The position numbers and the translations under genes are program-made. Below are positions 40,115 to 50,152 of a stretch of DNA of 64,000 nucleotides, piece after piece. This DNA comes from an uncultured Thermotogae bacterium (GTDB taxonomy: Bacteria > Thermotogota > Thermotogae > MWEM01), in contig OY763325.1 of assembly GCA_963667315.1 (NCBI GenBank), forward strand, positions 1,669,380 to 1,733,379, given 5' to 3'. The notes under the pieces are model-generated. The model was not told the DNA's origin. It searched no databases and was given only the letters and a program-made list of their open reading frames with translations. Each line of letters starts with the position of its first letter. Position 1 is the first letter of the stretch.

Positions 40115-41010
40115 AGAGGGCATTTGTATTCCCGGGACAGGGATCACAGAAAACAGGAATGGGAAACGACCTTTTACAGGGGATTCCAGAATACAAAGAC
40201 TATTACGAAAAAGCAGCCAATGCTATAGGGGAAGATTTATACGATATTATCAACTCGGAAGATGATACAAAACTCACACTCACACAGTTCACGCAGCCGG
40301 CAATACTCACGACGAGTGTTATCGCATATGAGCATACATTAAAGACAACTGACCTCAAACCGGAAGCGATGGCAGGACATTCTCTCGGAGAATGGACAGC
40401 GCTTGTTGCAGCAGGTGTATTGAAGTTCGAAGATGCAGTGAGACTGGTTCATCTCAGGGGAAAGTATATGAGTGAGGCATGCCCTCCCGGTGTGGGAACG
40501 ATGGCAGCCGTACTCGGACTTGAGGCATATGAAATAGAAGAAGCATTGAGGGACATCAAAGACGTTTGTCTTGCAAACATCAACTCACCGGGACAGATTG
40601 TTATCAGCGGAGCTGCGTCCGAATTTGATGCAGCTGAAGAAGCGTTGAAAGCCAAGGGGGCAAAGCGGTTTATCAGATTAACCGTAAGCGGACCGTTCCA
40701 TTCACCGCTTATTGAGAATGCAAAGATCAACCTCAAGAAAGATATTGACAAGGTTCAGTTCAGTGAACCGAAAGTACCGGTTTATCAAAATGTCGATGCA
40801 AAGCCACATACAGACCTGGAAGTGATAAAAGAAAACCTGATAAAGCAGATCACTTCGCCTGTCAGATGGACAGAGACAATTCAAAACATGATATCTGACG
40901 GGTTTAAAGAGTTTTACGAGATCGGACATGGGGGGGTGTTAAGCGGACTAATCAAACGAATTGACCGAAGTGTAAAAAATGAAAGATTTGACAAATTTTC
41001 AAAAAAATAA
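40111..41010 (+). CDS. fabD: Malonyl CoA-acyl carrier protein transacylase
   Basis: FPGQGSQ N-terminus, active-site GHSLGE, 299 aa. Confidence 0.9.
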   Translation: MKRAFVFPGQGSQKTGMGNDLLQGIPEYKDYYEKAANAIGEDLYDIINSEDDTKLTLTQFTQPAILTTSVIAYEHTLKTTDLKPEAMAGHSLGEWTALVAAGVLKFEDAVRLVHLRGKYMSEACPPGVGTMAAVLGLEAYEIEEALRDIKDVCLANINSPGQIVISGAASEFDAAEEALKAKGAKRFIRLTVSGPFHSPLIENAKINLKKDIDKVQFSEPKVPVYQNVDAKPHTDLEVIKENLIKQITSPVRWTETIQNMISDGFKEFYEIGHGGVLSGLIKRIDRSVKNERFDKFSKK

Positions 41011-41052
41011 CTCAAAATATGAAATAATAAAATTAATTGGAGGAAATCTAAA

Positions 41053-41304
41053 ATGACAAAAAACGATATCATAAAGAAGGTAAATGAAATAATAGCAGAA
41101 AGTCTCGACGTGGATCTTGAAGAAGTAACACCGGAAGCATCACTCACTGAGGACATCGGAGCAGATTCCCTGGAACTCGTAGACCTCACAATGGACTTTG
41201 AAGATGAATTTGATGTTAAGATTGAAAGTGCCGAACTCGCTGAAATCAATACAGTTGGCGAAATCACAGAACTTCTTCTCAAGAAACTTGAAGTAGCCGC
41301 ATAA
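41053..41304 (+). CDS. acpP: Acyl carrier protein
   Basis: 83 aa with phosphopantetheine attachment motif DLGADSLELVDL. Confidence 0.9.
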   Translation: MTKNDIIKKVNEIIAESLDVDLEEVTPEASLTEDIGADSLELVDLTMDFEDEFDVKIESAELAEINTVGEITELLLKKLEVAA

Positions 41305-41337
41305 TTAAAGATTTAAGATACTCCCATATTCTTGATA

Positions 41338-41381
41338 CCGTCTCTTGAGACGGGAACCCGTCTGAAAAGACGGGTTTTTTT
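41338..41381 (+). terminator. Tandem hairpins forming rho-independent terminator of the fab operon
   Basis: CCGTCTcttgAGACGG then CCCGTCTgaaaAGACGGG followed by TTTTTTT. Confidence 0.7.
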
Positions 41382-41604
41382 GTTATAATAACAAAGAGAA
41401 GGATAAAATATTAAGACAAACTGAATGCGTTTAAAGTAAGATAAAGAATTCCCCATCCTCTCCATCAAATGTTTGACGATTATACAATAAAGAGGTGATT
41501 TAAAGTTGGAATACAGTTTGTTTTGTATCCATTACGAGATGGTTTATTGATTGGAACACATCGGGAAAACCTGTATTATCTTTTATATAAGTCAAGGAGG
41601 CAAT

Positions 41605-42579
41605 ATGAACAGAGAAAAATTTGTTGAACTATTGAAGGCAAGAAAATTATCTGAAGAACAAATCTCCGAAAGTATTGAAACCGTTGAAAAAATGGAACGG
41701 TATCTTTCAGAAAAAGAGTCCTGTATCGATACAACCACAACCGACCAAGTAGCCGAATATCTCTCCGAACTCATGCGTAAAAAAGAAAATACCATTCCCA
41801 ATCTGATTGCCCTGACAAGAATCTTCTACATCCATGAAAGAAATGACATCTATATCCATTTCCTCAAGGTCCTCGGCGGGCTTGGTGTCATCGATAATAT
41901 CAAAAGACGAATGATAAAATACGCCGGAAAAGAGATCACAGACGAAATATTCGATCACCTTGAAGAACCTCCACTGGGAACGAATTTCAAAAAAATGCCG
42001 GAATTCACCCAGACACTGATGAAAAGGGTGGAGGAAAAACTTCCACCTGAACAGTTTGAACACATCTTCGCCGGAAACAATCATGGACTCAGTGAAGAAG
42101 CCATGAAAAGCGAAAAAGAGCGATATGAAAAAGCTGAATCGCTTGATGTATACCTCAAAGACAGACATGATAGAAAAGTGGGTGAATTACAGCATCACGC
42201 TGATACGGGAAAGGTCTGGTTTGAACAGCAGATCACTCAGGATATCGTCGATTTCGTCAAATCCAATCAGGAAATCCTTTCGGCAGTTCGGAAAGACGAC
42301 AAACTCTATGTCACCAAAATCCCCTACGAAGCTCATAGTTATTTGCATGCGGAAGACGAACGCTTCAAACGCTATTTCGCCTGTCATTGCCCATTCGCCA
42401 GAGAATCCATCCTTGACGGAAAAGAAGTCTCCGCCAACTGGTGCTATTGCAGTGCAGGATTTGCCAAATTCCCATTTGAACAGATTCTGGGAAGAGAATT
42501 GAAGGTAAAATTACTGGAATCTCCACTGAAAGGCGATATGGTTTGCAGGTTTGAAATCGATATCAGCAAAGAAGTCTGA
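41605..42579 (+). CDS. Hypothetical cytoplasmic protein with C-terminal CxC...CxC cysteine motif (CHCPF...NWCYCSAGF)
   Basis: AGGAGG RBS, ATG 41605 (track start 41551 lacks RBS); 324 aa, acidic helical N-half, no domain recognised. Confidence 0.55.
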   Translation: MNREKFVELLKARKLSEEQISESIETVEKMERYLSEKESCIDTTTTDQVAEYLSELMRKKENTIPNLIALTRIFYIHERNDIYIHFLKVLGGLGVIDNIKRRMIKYAGKEITDEIFDHLEEPPLGTNFKKMPEFTQTLMKRVEEKLPPEQFEHIFAGNNHGLSEEAMKSEKERYEKAESLDVYLKDRHDRKVGELQHHADTGKVWFEQQITQDIVDFVKSNQEILSAVRKDDKLYVTKIPYEAHSYLHAEDERFKRYFACHCPFARESILDGKEVSANWCYCSAGFAKFPFEQILGRELKVKLLESPLKGDMVCRFEIDISKEV

Positions 42580-42884
42580 ATTTTTATACATCGGACTCCA
42601 AAAATTCTTTAAAAACAGGAAGTTTTTGTATTGGGATGCATAAAACTTCCTGATTAATCTTTTCCAGAAGAAAACTTTGTAAAATCTTATCAACTCTTCA
42701 TTTAAAATATTAGATTGTGAGAAAAAAGATCTCTAATTGAAGATTTTTTAATATGTTTTTTCATAATTAAGATAAAACCCATGCTGCTGATATTTCACCT
42801 CATATCATACTTTTTCTAAAATATCTTTTTTTAAAATTTATCCTGTTATAATCCATATGATGATTTCAAACGGGAGATGACAGT

Positions 42885-43526
42885 ATGGGGTTCAGGAAAA
42901 TAGATGTGGAAAACTGGTACAGAAAGGAACATTTTAATCATTTTTATAACAAATTAAACTGCGCCTACAGTGTAACTGAGCATATTCAGATAACAGTATT
43001 GCAGGACACAATTCGGAAAAGAGGATTAAAGTTTTACCCGGTCATGCTTTACTTGATTTCAAAGGCTGTAAATGATCATGATGAATTCAAGACAGCTGTT
43101 GATGAGAATGATGGTGTCGGCATATGGGATCAGCTCAGCCCAAGTTATACCATTTTTCATCCGGATGACAAATCCTATTCGGGTATATGGACACATTATT
43201 CAGAAGATTTTGAAAGGTTTTACGACGATTGTCTATGTGATGTCGAACGATACCGGCATATCAAGGGGTTTTCAGTGAAATCAGATGAACCCTTAAACAC
43301 TTTTTCCGTTTCAAATCTACCGTGGATTGATTTTTCTTCCTTTCATCTTCAGATCGAGGCAAAATATCTCGCCCCAATCATCACATTTGGAAAATACACA
43401 CAGAAAGCGGAAGCGATTTCGCTTCCAGTCAACATCCGTATGCATCATGCTGTCTGTGACGGCTACCATATTCACCTGTTTTTTGAAAGCCTGAAACAGC
43501 ATATATCATGTTTTCTCGCTGAGTAA
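42885..43526 (+). CDS. cat: Chloramphenicol O-acetyltransferase, type A (CAT family)
   Basis: 213 aa; N-terminal WYRKEHFNHF and catalytic-His block HHAVCDGYH characteristic of classic CATs. Confidence 0.88.
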   Translation: MGFRKIDVENWYRKEHFNHFYNKLNCAYSVTEHIQITVLQDTIRKRGLKFYPVMLYLISKAVNDHDEFKTAVDENDGVGIWDQLSPSYTIFHPDDKSYSGIWTHYSEDFERFYDDCLCDVERYRHIKGFSVKSDEPLNTFSVSNLPWIDFSSFHLQIEAKYLAPIITFGKYTQKAEAISLPVNIRMHHAVCDGYHIHLFFESLKQHISCFLAE

Positions 43527-43582
43527 AGATGATGTTGCTTCAGACAGATAGTTTCAATGTTTTTCAAAAACTGAACCTCTTT

Positions 43583-44752
43583 TCAAAAACCGTATTCGAG
43601 ATAGGTCGTCATCTTAGGCAGGTCCTGAGCAGGCACAAAACCGTTGAGACATTCGACCTTTCCGGAAGCGATCATCTCCGAAAAGTCTGTATGTCCGGAA
43701 ATAATGCTTGAAAAGGCGTTGATATCACATACCATATCGGCATGTTCTGTTTTTTCAACGGCTAATACCCCATCTTTTACCTTTAAATTAAAGACACCAT
43801 CGTTCCATTCGGCAAAGGGATCTGTTATCTTCAGGTTGAATTCACAATCCGGACTGTTCAACGCAAGCCCATCTAAAGCTGAAACATCTACTATACGAAT
43901 CATCGAACGCTGTCTGATAAAAGAGTCAGTCGTTTGCTCCGTTAAAAACGGCCAGATAGCCAGATCTTTCGGAAAATAAACAACAACTCTTGAACATTGA
44001 AGCGAAAGAGAGGCGATAAATTTCATAATGGCGTTCAAAACGTCCCGATTGTCATAACAGACGTTTCCAATAACGAGGGTCGTTCCTTCTTTTTTTGTCA
44101 TATATTTTAATGTCAATAATCCGACAACTTGATTGTCTTTTTTCATCGACACAACCTGTCTGGTGATATCTGTATCTCCGATTGACGTCAATTCCATATC
44201 CCAGTGAATCTTTTCCTTCTGTATAAAATTGTAATGCTGTGAGGCGAAGCGTTTGTAATAGGCGATAACTTCCTCATCGGCATCTTTTGAATGATGAAGC
44301 TGATACGCTTCCGAGGGAAGGTCTTTGTCGATGACCGAGGGTGAAAGATGATGTTCTGCCGTTTCATCGAACTGTTCCCAGCCGTATTTCCTGTAAAAAC
44401 TAACACTGAAGGGATAAAGGACAGAGACCTTGACGCCTTCTTTTTTCATCTGTATCAGAGATTCTTTTAACAGGGCTCTTACAGCTCCCTGTCCTCGTTT
44501 AAAAGCATTTGAAGCCAGCGTTGCTATGCCGCCCATCTTGACAATGGAATTTCTGAGTCTCATATCCATATGGAGTAAATACAACGATGACAGGTATTCC
44601 CTCCCATCCTTCATGGTATAAACATCAAACAGGCCAGCGGCACCGAATTCCTCAAACTTGTCAAGAAAATGCATATCCTTATTTTCGACGTCAAAAGAAA
44701 ATCTGATTAATTCACGAATATCGTTGTTTACGGTCGTTTTGATAAATTCCAA
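43583..44752 (-). CDS. GNAT family N-acetyltransferase, Eis-like (GNAT + central domain + SCP2-like C-terminus)
   Basis: 389 aa; acetyl-CoA loop RGQGAVRAL, overall Eis-like three-domain size/organisation. Confidence 0.7.
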   Translation of the reverse strand: MEFIKTTVNNDIRELIRFSFDVENKDMHFLDKFEEFGAAGLFDVYTMKDGREYLSSLYLLHMDMRLRNSIVKMGGIATLASNAFKRGQGAVRALLKESLIQMKKEGVKVSVLYPFSVSFYRKYGWEQFDETAEHHLSPSVIDKDLPSEAYQLHHSKDADEEVIAYYKRFASQHYNFIQKEKIHWDMELTSIGDTDITRQVVSMKKDNQVVGLLTLKYMTKKEGTTLVIGNVCYDNRDVLNAIMKFIASLSLQCSRVVVYFPKDLAIWPFLTEQTTDSFIRQRSMIRIVDVSALDGLALNSPDCEFNLKITDPFAEWNDGVFNLKVKDGVLAVEKTEHADMVCDINAFSSIISGHTDFSEMIASGKVECLNGFVPAQDLPKMTTYLEYGF

Positions 44753-44826
44753 AAAAGCACCACCTTTTTAAAATATAAACACATTCCTTTATACCACAGT
44801 TAAGCGTTTATTTAAATCAACAAAAT

Positions 44827-44866
44827 CCCCTGAACACCAGGCACCATTCAGGGGATTCTGTTTTTA
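44827..44866. terminator. Bidirectional terminator
   Basis: CCCCTGAAcaccaggcaccaTTCAGGGG followed by ATTCTGTTTTTA (T-rich also on the other strand). Confidence 0.55.
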
Positions 44867-44875
44867 TCCATAAGT

Positions 44876-47044
44876 TCAAACGTTAAAAATAGCCTTTTCC
44901 ATCATATCCAATAAACTATCAGCCATCTCAAAATCCGTCGATTCCGAAACGATTCTCAACAGGGGTTCTGTTCCGGATGGTCGGAGCAGACACCAGCTGT
45001 CGTTTTCGAGATAAATCTTCATGCCATCAAGTCTGTCGATCTTTGTGACCTTAAACGATCCGATTTTATGATGTTCAGAGGCCATGAAGTGATCCATACT
45101 AACCTTCAGTTTAGGCGTGAGTCGGAAGTCCGATTCCGACTGATAATAACATTTCCCGTTCAGTTGATAAATCTCATTAAGAATTGTAGACAGGCTCTTT
45201 CCGGTCTTAACCAACATTTCCATGATCAGCATGGCGGTGTATATGCCGTCTTTCTCCATGATATGTCCTCTGACGGTTACCCCACCACTACTTTCTCCAC
45301 CAAGCAGCAGGTCATTATCTCTCACACTGTTGGCGATGTACTTGAAGCCGACAGGCACTTCATGACAGGTTTCTCCCAGTTTTTCGCATAACAGATCGAT
45401 ATTATGACTTGTCGCAATGTTTCTGACAACGCCGCCCTTTTCACCCTTTATCTCATGCAGATAATAATATACCAGCAGGATCACATCATTTGCCGGGATA
45501 TAATTTCCCCTTTCATCCACGAGCGCAATCCTGTCGGCATCTCCATCCACAGCTATTCCAAGATCAAAGCTGTTTTCTTTCATAAACTGAATGAGTGAGG
45601 CAAGTGAAGCCTCTGAGGGTGCCGGTGATTTCCCACCGAATAGGGGATCAACCCTGGAATGTATCGTCACCAGATCACATCTCGCACCGATCAATGCCAT
45701 CTGCAAGGTGCTGGTTCCTGCCCCGTACATGGGATCAAAACAGACTCTCGGATTCTTTTCACGAATCGATTTGATATCGATCTGTTTTTCGATGTAATCC
45801 AGATAGGCATTTCTGAAATCTTCGAGTTTGATGTATGCATTTTTCAACGCCTTGTTGTAATTCACCCAGGGTATCATATTGACCGGGGTGGAATTGGCAA
45901 TCTCCTGTATGCGTTCCGTAATCTCTATTGATGCGGGAAGGCCTTCATGGGTTTCAAATTTGATCCCATTATAATCAGGTGGATTATGCGATGCGGTAAA
46001 GACTATGCCACCACCGGCTCCCATTTCAAGAACGGTGAAGGTAACGAGTGGGGTGGGCGTTGCACTTTTACTGAGATAGACTTTGATGTTATTCGCTGCA
46101 AAAACCTCCGCAGCCATCTTTGAAAAATCCTCTGAAAGGAATCGATTATCATACCCGATGACAATACCCCTGTCATCGAGATGATTCTCAATGAGATAGG
46201 TGGAGATGCCGTGAATGACCTTTCGAACGTTCATACTGGTAAAACCACGTCCAATTCGAGCTCGCCATCCTCCAGTACCAAACCTGATCTTTCTTTCTTC
46301 CATGATGGCTCGATTTTCTATCTCGCGCATGGACAATTGTTCTTCAACTATATCCAGATCCTCTTTAGTGTTGACGCCAAGATATTCTGATTCATCCAGG
46401 CTCTTAAAACATCCCGCTTTGTTGCCATCCGCGATGATCAGATTGATGAGTTCCGGAATATAGTATTCTCCCGTCTTCGGATCGGGTTTAATTCGGTTCA
46501 AAACCCGTCGGACTGCCTCACTTTTCACAATCAAAGGCCCCATAAAATATTCATAAGGCGGATTCCCCACTGGACTTTCATGTTCCAGCAATTTAGTAAC
46601 ACGCTCCCCTTCACGTTTTACCAGCGCATAGGGGTAGGTGTTCCAGGCAATCCCCGAAAGAAAGGTTACGGCATTTTTCTGAAGTTCATGTGTATTGATC
46701 ATCCCCGCTATCGAGGCTTCTCTGATGAGAACGGTATCGGAATACATGATGAGCAGATCATCATCCTCTTCAATCACTTCAATCGCCTTTTTCAAGGCAT
46801 CAGCAGTACCAAGCGCCTCATTCTGAAAGGCATATCTGAAATACCCCTTATCTTTCAACACCCCATCGAATGATTCACGATCGGATTCTTTTATCACAAT
46901 AATCGTCTCAAATTGTTTCTTGATCTGTTTAATCTTCTCCACGATATGAAGGATCATGGGTGTTTCTCCAACCAGAGCAAGTGGTTTCGGTTCGCTTGAA
47001 TCAAAATTCTTTCCCGTTCCGGCAGCCAGTAATATTACTTTCAT
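44876..47044 (-). CDS. Bifunctional sugar-phosphate nucleotidyltransferase / phosphohexomutase (PGM/PMM family)
   Basis: N-terminal NTP-transferase (MKVILLAAGTGKNF), C-terminal phosphomutase with active-site Ser motif TASHNPPDYNGIK and sugar-binding loop. Confidence 0.85.
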   Translation of the reverse strand: MKVILLAAGTGKNFDSSEPKPLALVGETPMILHIVEKIKQIKKQFETIIVIKESDRESFDGVLKDKGYFRYAFQNEALGTADALKKAIEVIEEDDDLLIMYSDTVLIREASIAGMINTHELQKNAVTFLSGIAWNTYPYALVKREGERVTKLLEHESPVGNPPYEYFMGPLIVKSEAVRRVLNRIKPDPKTGEYYIPELINLIIADGNKAGCFKSLDESEYLGVNTKEDLDIVEEQLSMREIENRAIMEERKIRFGTGGWRARIGRGFTSMNVRKVIHGISTYLIENHLDDRGIVIGYDNRFLSEDFSKMAAEVFAANNIKVYLSKSATPTPLVTFTVLEMGAGGGIVFTASHNPPDYNGIKFETHEGLPASIEITERIQEIANSTPVNMIPWVNYNKALKNAYIKLEDFRNAYLDYIEKQIDIKSIREKNPRVCFDPMYGAGTSTLQMALIGARCDLVTIHSRVDPLFGGKSPAPSEASLASLIQFMKENSFDLGIAVDGDADRIALVDERGNYIPANDVILLVYYYLHEIKGEKGGVVRNIATSHNIDLLCEKLGETCHEVPVGFKYIANSVRDNDLLLGGESSGGVTVRGHIMEKDGIYTAMLIMEMLVKTGKSLSTILNEIYQLNGKCYYQSESDFRLTPKLKVSMDHFMASEHHKIGSFKVTKIDRLDGMKIYLENDSWCLLRPSGTEPLLRIVSESTDFEMADSLLDMMEKAIFNV

Positions 47045-47057
47045 ATGTTCTCCTTTC

Positions 47058-47891
47058 CTACCCTTTAATTCCCGTATGTGTCATCCCTTCAACGACAAAT
47101 TTCTGAAGGGCAAAATAGATGATGAGCAGCGGAAGTATGGACAATACGGCACCCGTCAGAAGATAGTTCCAACGAGCAGAATACTGTGACTGGAATTGCG
47201 TCAGCGCCATTGTCAGCGTCATCTTATCCTGTGTACTGATATACAGCACCGGTCTGAGCAGATCGTTCCAGTTGTTCATATAGGCGATGATAAAGATGGT
47301 GGATGTCTGTGTGCCGCTGAGTGGGAAAAAAACCCTGAAAAACATCTTATACGGACCGGCCCCGTCTATGGCCGCAGCATCTTCCAGATCTTTTGGAATG
47401 TTCTCGAAAAACTCCTTGTACATGAACGTTCCAAATGATCCAACGAGGAACGACGGGATGATCAACGGAGCGAAGGTATCCAGCCAACCGAGGTTAAGCA
47501 TGAGTAAGAATTCAGGGATGATCGTGACCTGAACGGGAATCATCATCGTTGCCAATAACAAACCGAAGACGATATTTTCCCCTTTAAAACGCATCCTCGC
47601 AAAGGCAAAACCCGCGAGTGAACAGGTGAAAATCTGCCCGAGTGAGGCAAGAGTTGCAACGATAATACTGTTCAGCGTGTATTTCATGAAGTTGTAATCA
47701 CGCAGTACGGTAATATAATTGTCAAACATTCCCTCTTTAAACAACTTGTCCGGTATCATCTGAGGTGGCATCTTGAAGATATTTTCCTCCGTACTGAATG
47801 AATTTGAAACCATCCAGAGAAATGGAAAAACGGCTATGATTGCCACGATAATCAATAATATATAAATGATGGTCTTTTTCAGTATAGTCAT
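47058..47891 (-). CDS. Carbohydrate ABC transporter permease (MalG-like)
   Basis: 6 TM, EAA-loop (DLEDAAAIDGAGPYKMFFRVFFPL). Confidence 0.85.
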   Translation of the reverse strand: MTILKKTIIYILLIIVAIIAVFPFLWMVSNSFSTEENIFKMPPQMIPDKLFKEGMFDNYITVLRDYNFMKYTLNSIIVATLASLGQIFTCSLAGFAFARMRFKGENIVFGLLLATMMIPVQVTIIPEFLLMLNLGWLDTFAPLIIPSFLVGSFGTFMYKEFFENIPKDLEDAAAIDGAGPYKMFFRVFFPLSGTQTSTIFIIAYMNNWNDLLRPVLYISTQDKMTLTMALTQFQSQYSARWNYLLTGAVLSILPLLIIYFALQKFVVEGMTHTGIKG

Positions 47892-47902
47892 CTCATCACC
47901 CC

Positions 47903-48793
47903 TTAATACTGGTATTTAACCCATCGTTTTTTCAGGATGAAGTTAATATACGTTATGATGGCAACGATCGCAAGCAGCACATATGCCATGGCTGAAGCGT
48001 ATCCCGTCTTGTAGAACAGAAATCCGTTCAGATAAATGGAATAAACAAGGGTATTTGTCGCATTTGAAGGACCTCCCTGTGTCATCGTATAGATGATTTC
48101 AAAACTCTTGAACGAATTGATGATCGCTATCGTAAAGACAAAGAACGTTGTCGGCGTGAGCAATGGTAATGTTATCTTCTTAAAACTCTGGAATTTGCTT
48201 GCCCCGTCAATTTTTGCCGCCTCATAATACATGTTAGGGATTTCCTGCAAGCCTGCAAGGAAGAGAATCATATAATAGCCCGCCATCTTCCAGACCTGAA
48301 CCATCGCAACCACGATCAGGACGATATTTTTATCCCCAAGCCATGAAGGGGGTGTGAGCTTAAACACATTTTCCAGTAAGGCGTTGATCAATCCATAGTT
48401 CGGGCTGAGCAGCCAGTTCCAGACAAGCCCTACGGCAACGGATGAGGTAACAACCGGCACAAAGTATGCCGATCTGAAAAAAGTGATCCCTTTAATTTTT
48501 GAGTTAACAAGCACTGCCAGTAAAAGTCCAAAGAACATAACACCAAGGACGTATACGAGTGAAAACACAAAGGTGTTTCCGAGAATCTGTAAAAAATCCG
48601 GATCATCAAATAGTTCGATATAATTGGTTATCCCGATCCATTCAGGATCAGTCAGGATATCCCATTCGGTAAAACTGATCACAAAAGAGGCAATCATAGG
48701 TCCGAGCCTGAAGATAAACAGACCTATCAGGGTTGGTATCAGGAATATCCACGGATGCCATGGTCGATACCAGCTGAATTGTGCTCTTTTCAT
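47903..48793 (-). CDS. Carbohydrate ABC transporter permease (MalF-like)
   Basis: 6 TM, EAA-loop (YYEAAKIDGASKFQSFKKITLPLL). Confidence 0.85.
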   Translation of the reverse strand: MKRAQFSWYRPWHPWIFLIPTLIGLFIFRLGPMIASFVISFTEWDILTDPEWIGITNYIELFDDPDFLQILGNTFVFSLVYVLGVMFFGLLLAVLVNSKIKGITFFRSAYFVPVVTSSVAVGLVWNWLLSPNYGLINALLENVFKLTPPSWLGDKNIVLIVVAMVQVWKMAGYYMILFLAGLQEIPNMYYEAAKIDGASKFQSFKKITLPLLTPTTFFVFTIAIINSFKSFEIIYTMTQGGPSNATNTLVYSIYLNGFLFYKTGYASAMAYVLLAIVAIITYINFILKKRWVKYQY

Positions 48794-48856
48794 AAATCTT
48801 CACCCCCTGAAAATTGAGGAAGGCCAATACAGCCTTCCCCGTTTAAAAATATCTTA

Positions 48857-50140
48857 TTATTTGTATATTTTTCCGAGAATCTTGTTGATGCTCTTGTCCA
48901 TCTTTTCAAGACCTTCGTCAAATGTCATGTCGCCATTCATGATGGAATCGAGAACACTGTTGAGGCCTGCCCCTTCAGCTGCTCCGTAGCCTCTCCATTC
49001 GCTCCAGCTCATCGTGAATGAGCTCTTCATTTCCTTTGCAGCGATATCGAGTAATAATTTCATCTCTACAGGCTGTTCATCGGATGTGTAGAAGGCTTCT
49101 GATTCGGCCAGTGCTTTGAAGGAAGGGATCTTACCGGGCATGTACATATCGAGTGTGAGTCCTTCTCCACCGGCAAACTTTGCAAATTTCCATGCAGCGT
49201 CCGGTGATTTTGTCGTCTTTGAGATGGCGACGAAGTCAGGCCACCCATATGCACTGTCAGGTTTTCCGGCAGGACCCATAGGAACTTCTGCAATTCCCCA
49301 GTTGAAGCTGTCGCCTGCGATAATTCTGTTGTTGTCGATGTTCCAGGAGCCATCAACCCACATGGCTGCAATCTGCCTCGGGAATACATCCTGCTGTCTG
49401 ACACCGGCCATTTCCTTCGGCTGTGGAGCTACTTTATAGTCCGTTACGAGGTCCGTGAGGAATTTCAGTGTATCCAGACCGTTCTTGTCGGGAGCAAATC
49501 TCATAGCCGATCTGTCCAACAAGTCGCCATCATTTCTGAAGACCCATGATTCGATATGGGCATATCTTCCGTAAAGCCAGAATCCCCATTGGTCGATCTT
49601 CCCATCATCATTCTTGTCGAGTGTCAGTTTCTTTGCCGCGTTCAGGAAATCATCCCATCGCCATTCGGAGTTGGGATATTCAAGTCCGGCTGCATCGAAC
49701 ATATCCTTATTGAAGAACATGACCGTTGTAACAAGTGCAAATGGAACGGCATAATAATTATCCGCGTTAGCAAGCTCTTTTTCAGCTTCAAAGAGATTCA
49801 TATAGAAGCTGTCCTGATTCAGTGACCCTTCCACATACTGGTCCAGTGGCAGAAGGAATCCCTTGGATGACCATTCTTCAATATACCCGGAGCTAAGATT
49901 GAAAACATCCGGCAATCTCTTGGTCATCGCCATGAGTCTGAGTTTTGTCCAGTAATCGGATGGTTCCATAACCGTGAGATTAACGGTGATATCCGGATTT
50001 TCCGCTTCAAACTTTTCGATCATTCCCAATGTTCTATCTTTCAGATCCGGATCCCAGATCCAGTATTCAAGAACGGTCTGAGCCATTATCATGGAACATA
50101 GAACGAGAAAAATGGATGTTACCAGCATTAATTTCTTCAT
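48857..50140 (-). CDS. ABC transporter extracellular sugar-binding protein (CUT1 family)
   Basis: Signal peptide MKKLMLVTSIFLVLCSMIMA; 427 aa typical family-1 SBP. Confidence 0.85.
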   Translation of the reverse strand: MKKLMLVTSIFLVLCSMIMAQTVLEYWIWDPDLKDRTLGMIEKFEAENPDITVNLTVMEPSDYWTKLRLMAMTKRLPDVFNLSSGYIEEWSSKGFLLPLDQYVEGSLNQDSFYMNLFEAEKELANADNYYAVPFALVTTVMFFNKDMFDAAGLEYPNSEWRWDDFLNAAKKLTLDKNDDGKIDQWGFWLYGRYAHIESWVFRNDGDLLDRSAMRFAPDKNGLDTLKFLTDLVTDYKVAPQPKEMAGVRQQDVFPRQIAAMWVDGSWNIDNNRIIAGDSFNWGIAEVPMGPAGKPDSAYGWPDFVAISKTTKSPDAAWKFAKFAGGEGLTLDMYMPGKIPSFKALAESEAFYTSDEQPVEMKLLLDIAAKEMKSSFTMSWSEWRGYGAAEGAGLNSVLDSIMNGDMTFDEGLEKMDKSINKILGKIYK

Positions 50141-50152
50141 ACTAACCTCTCC

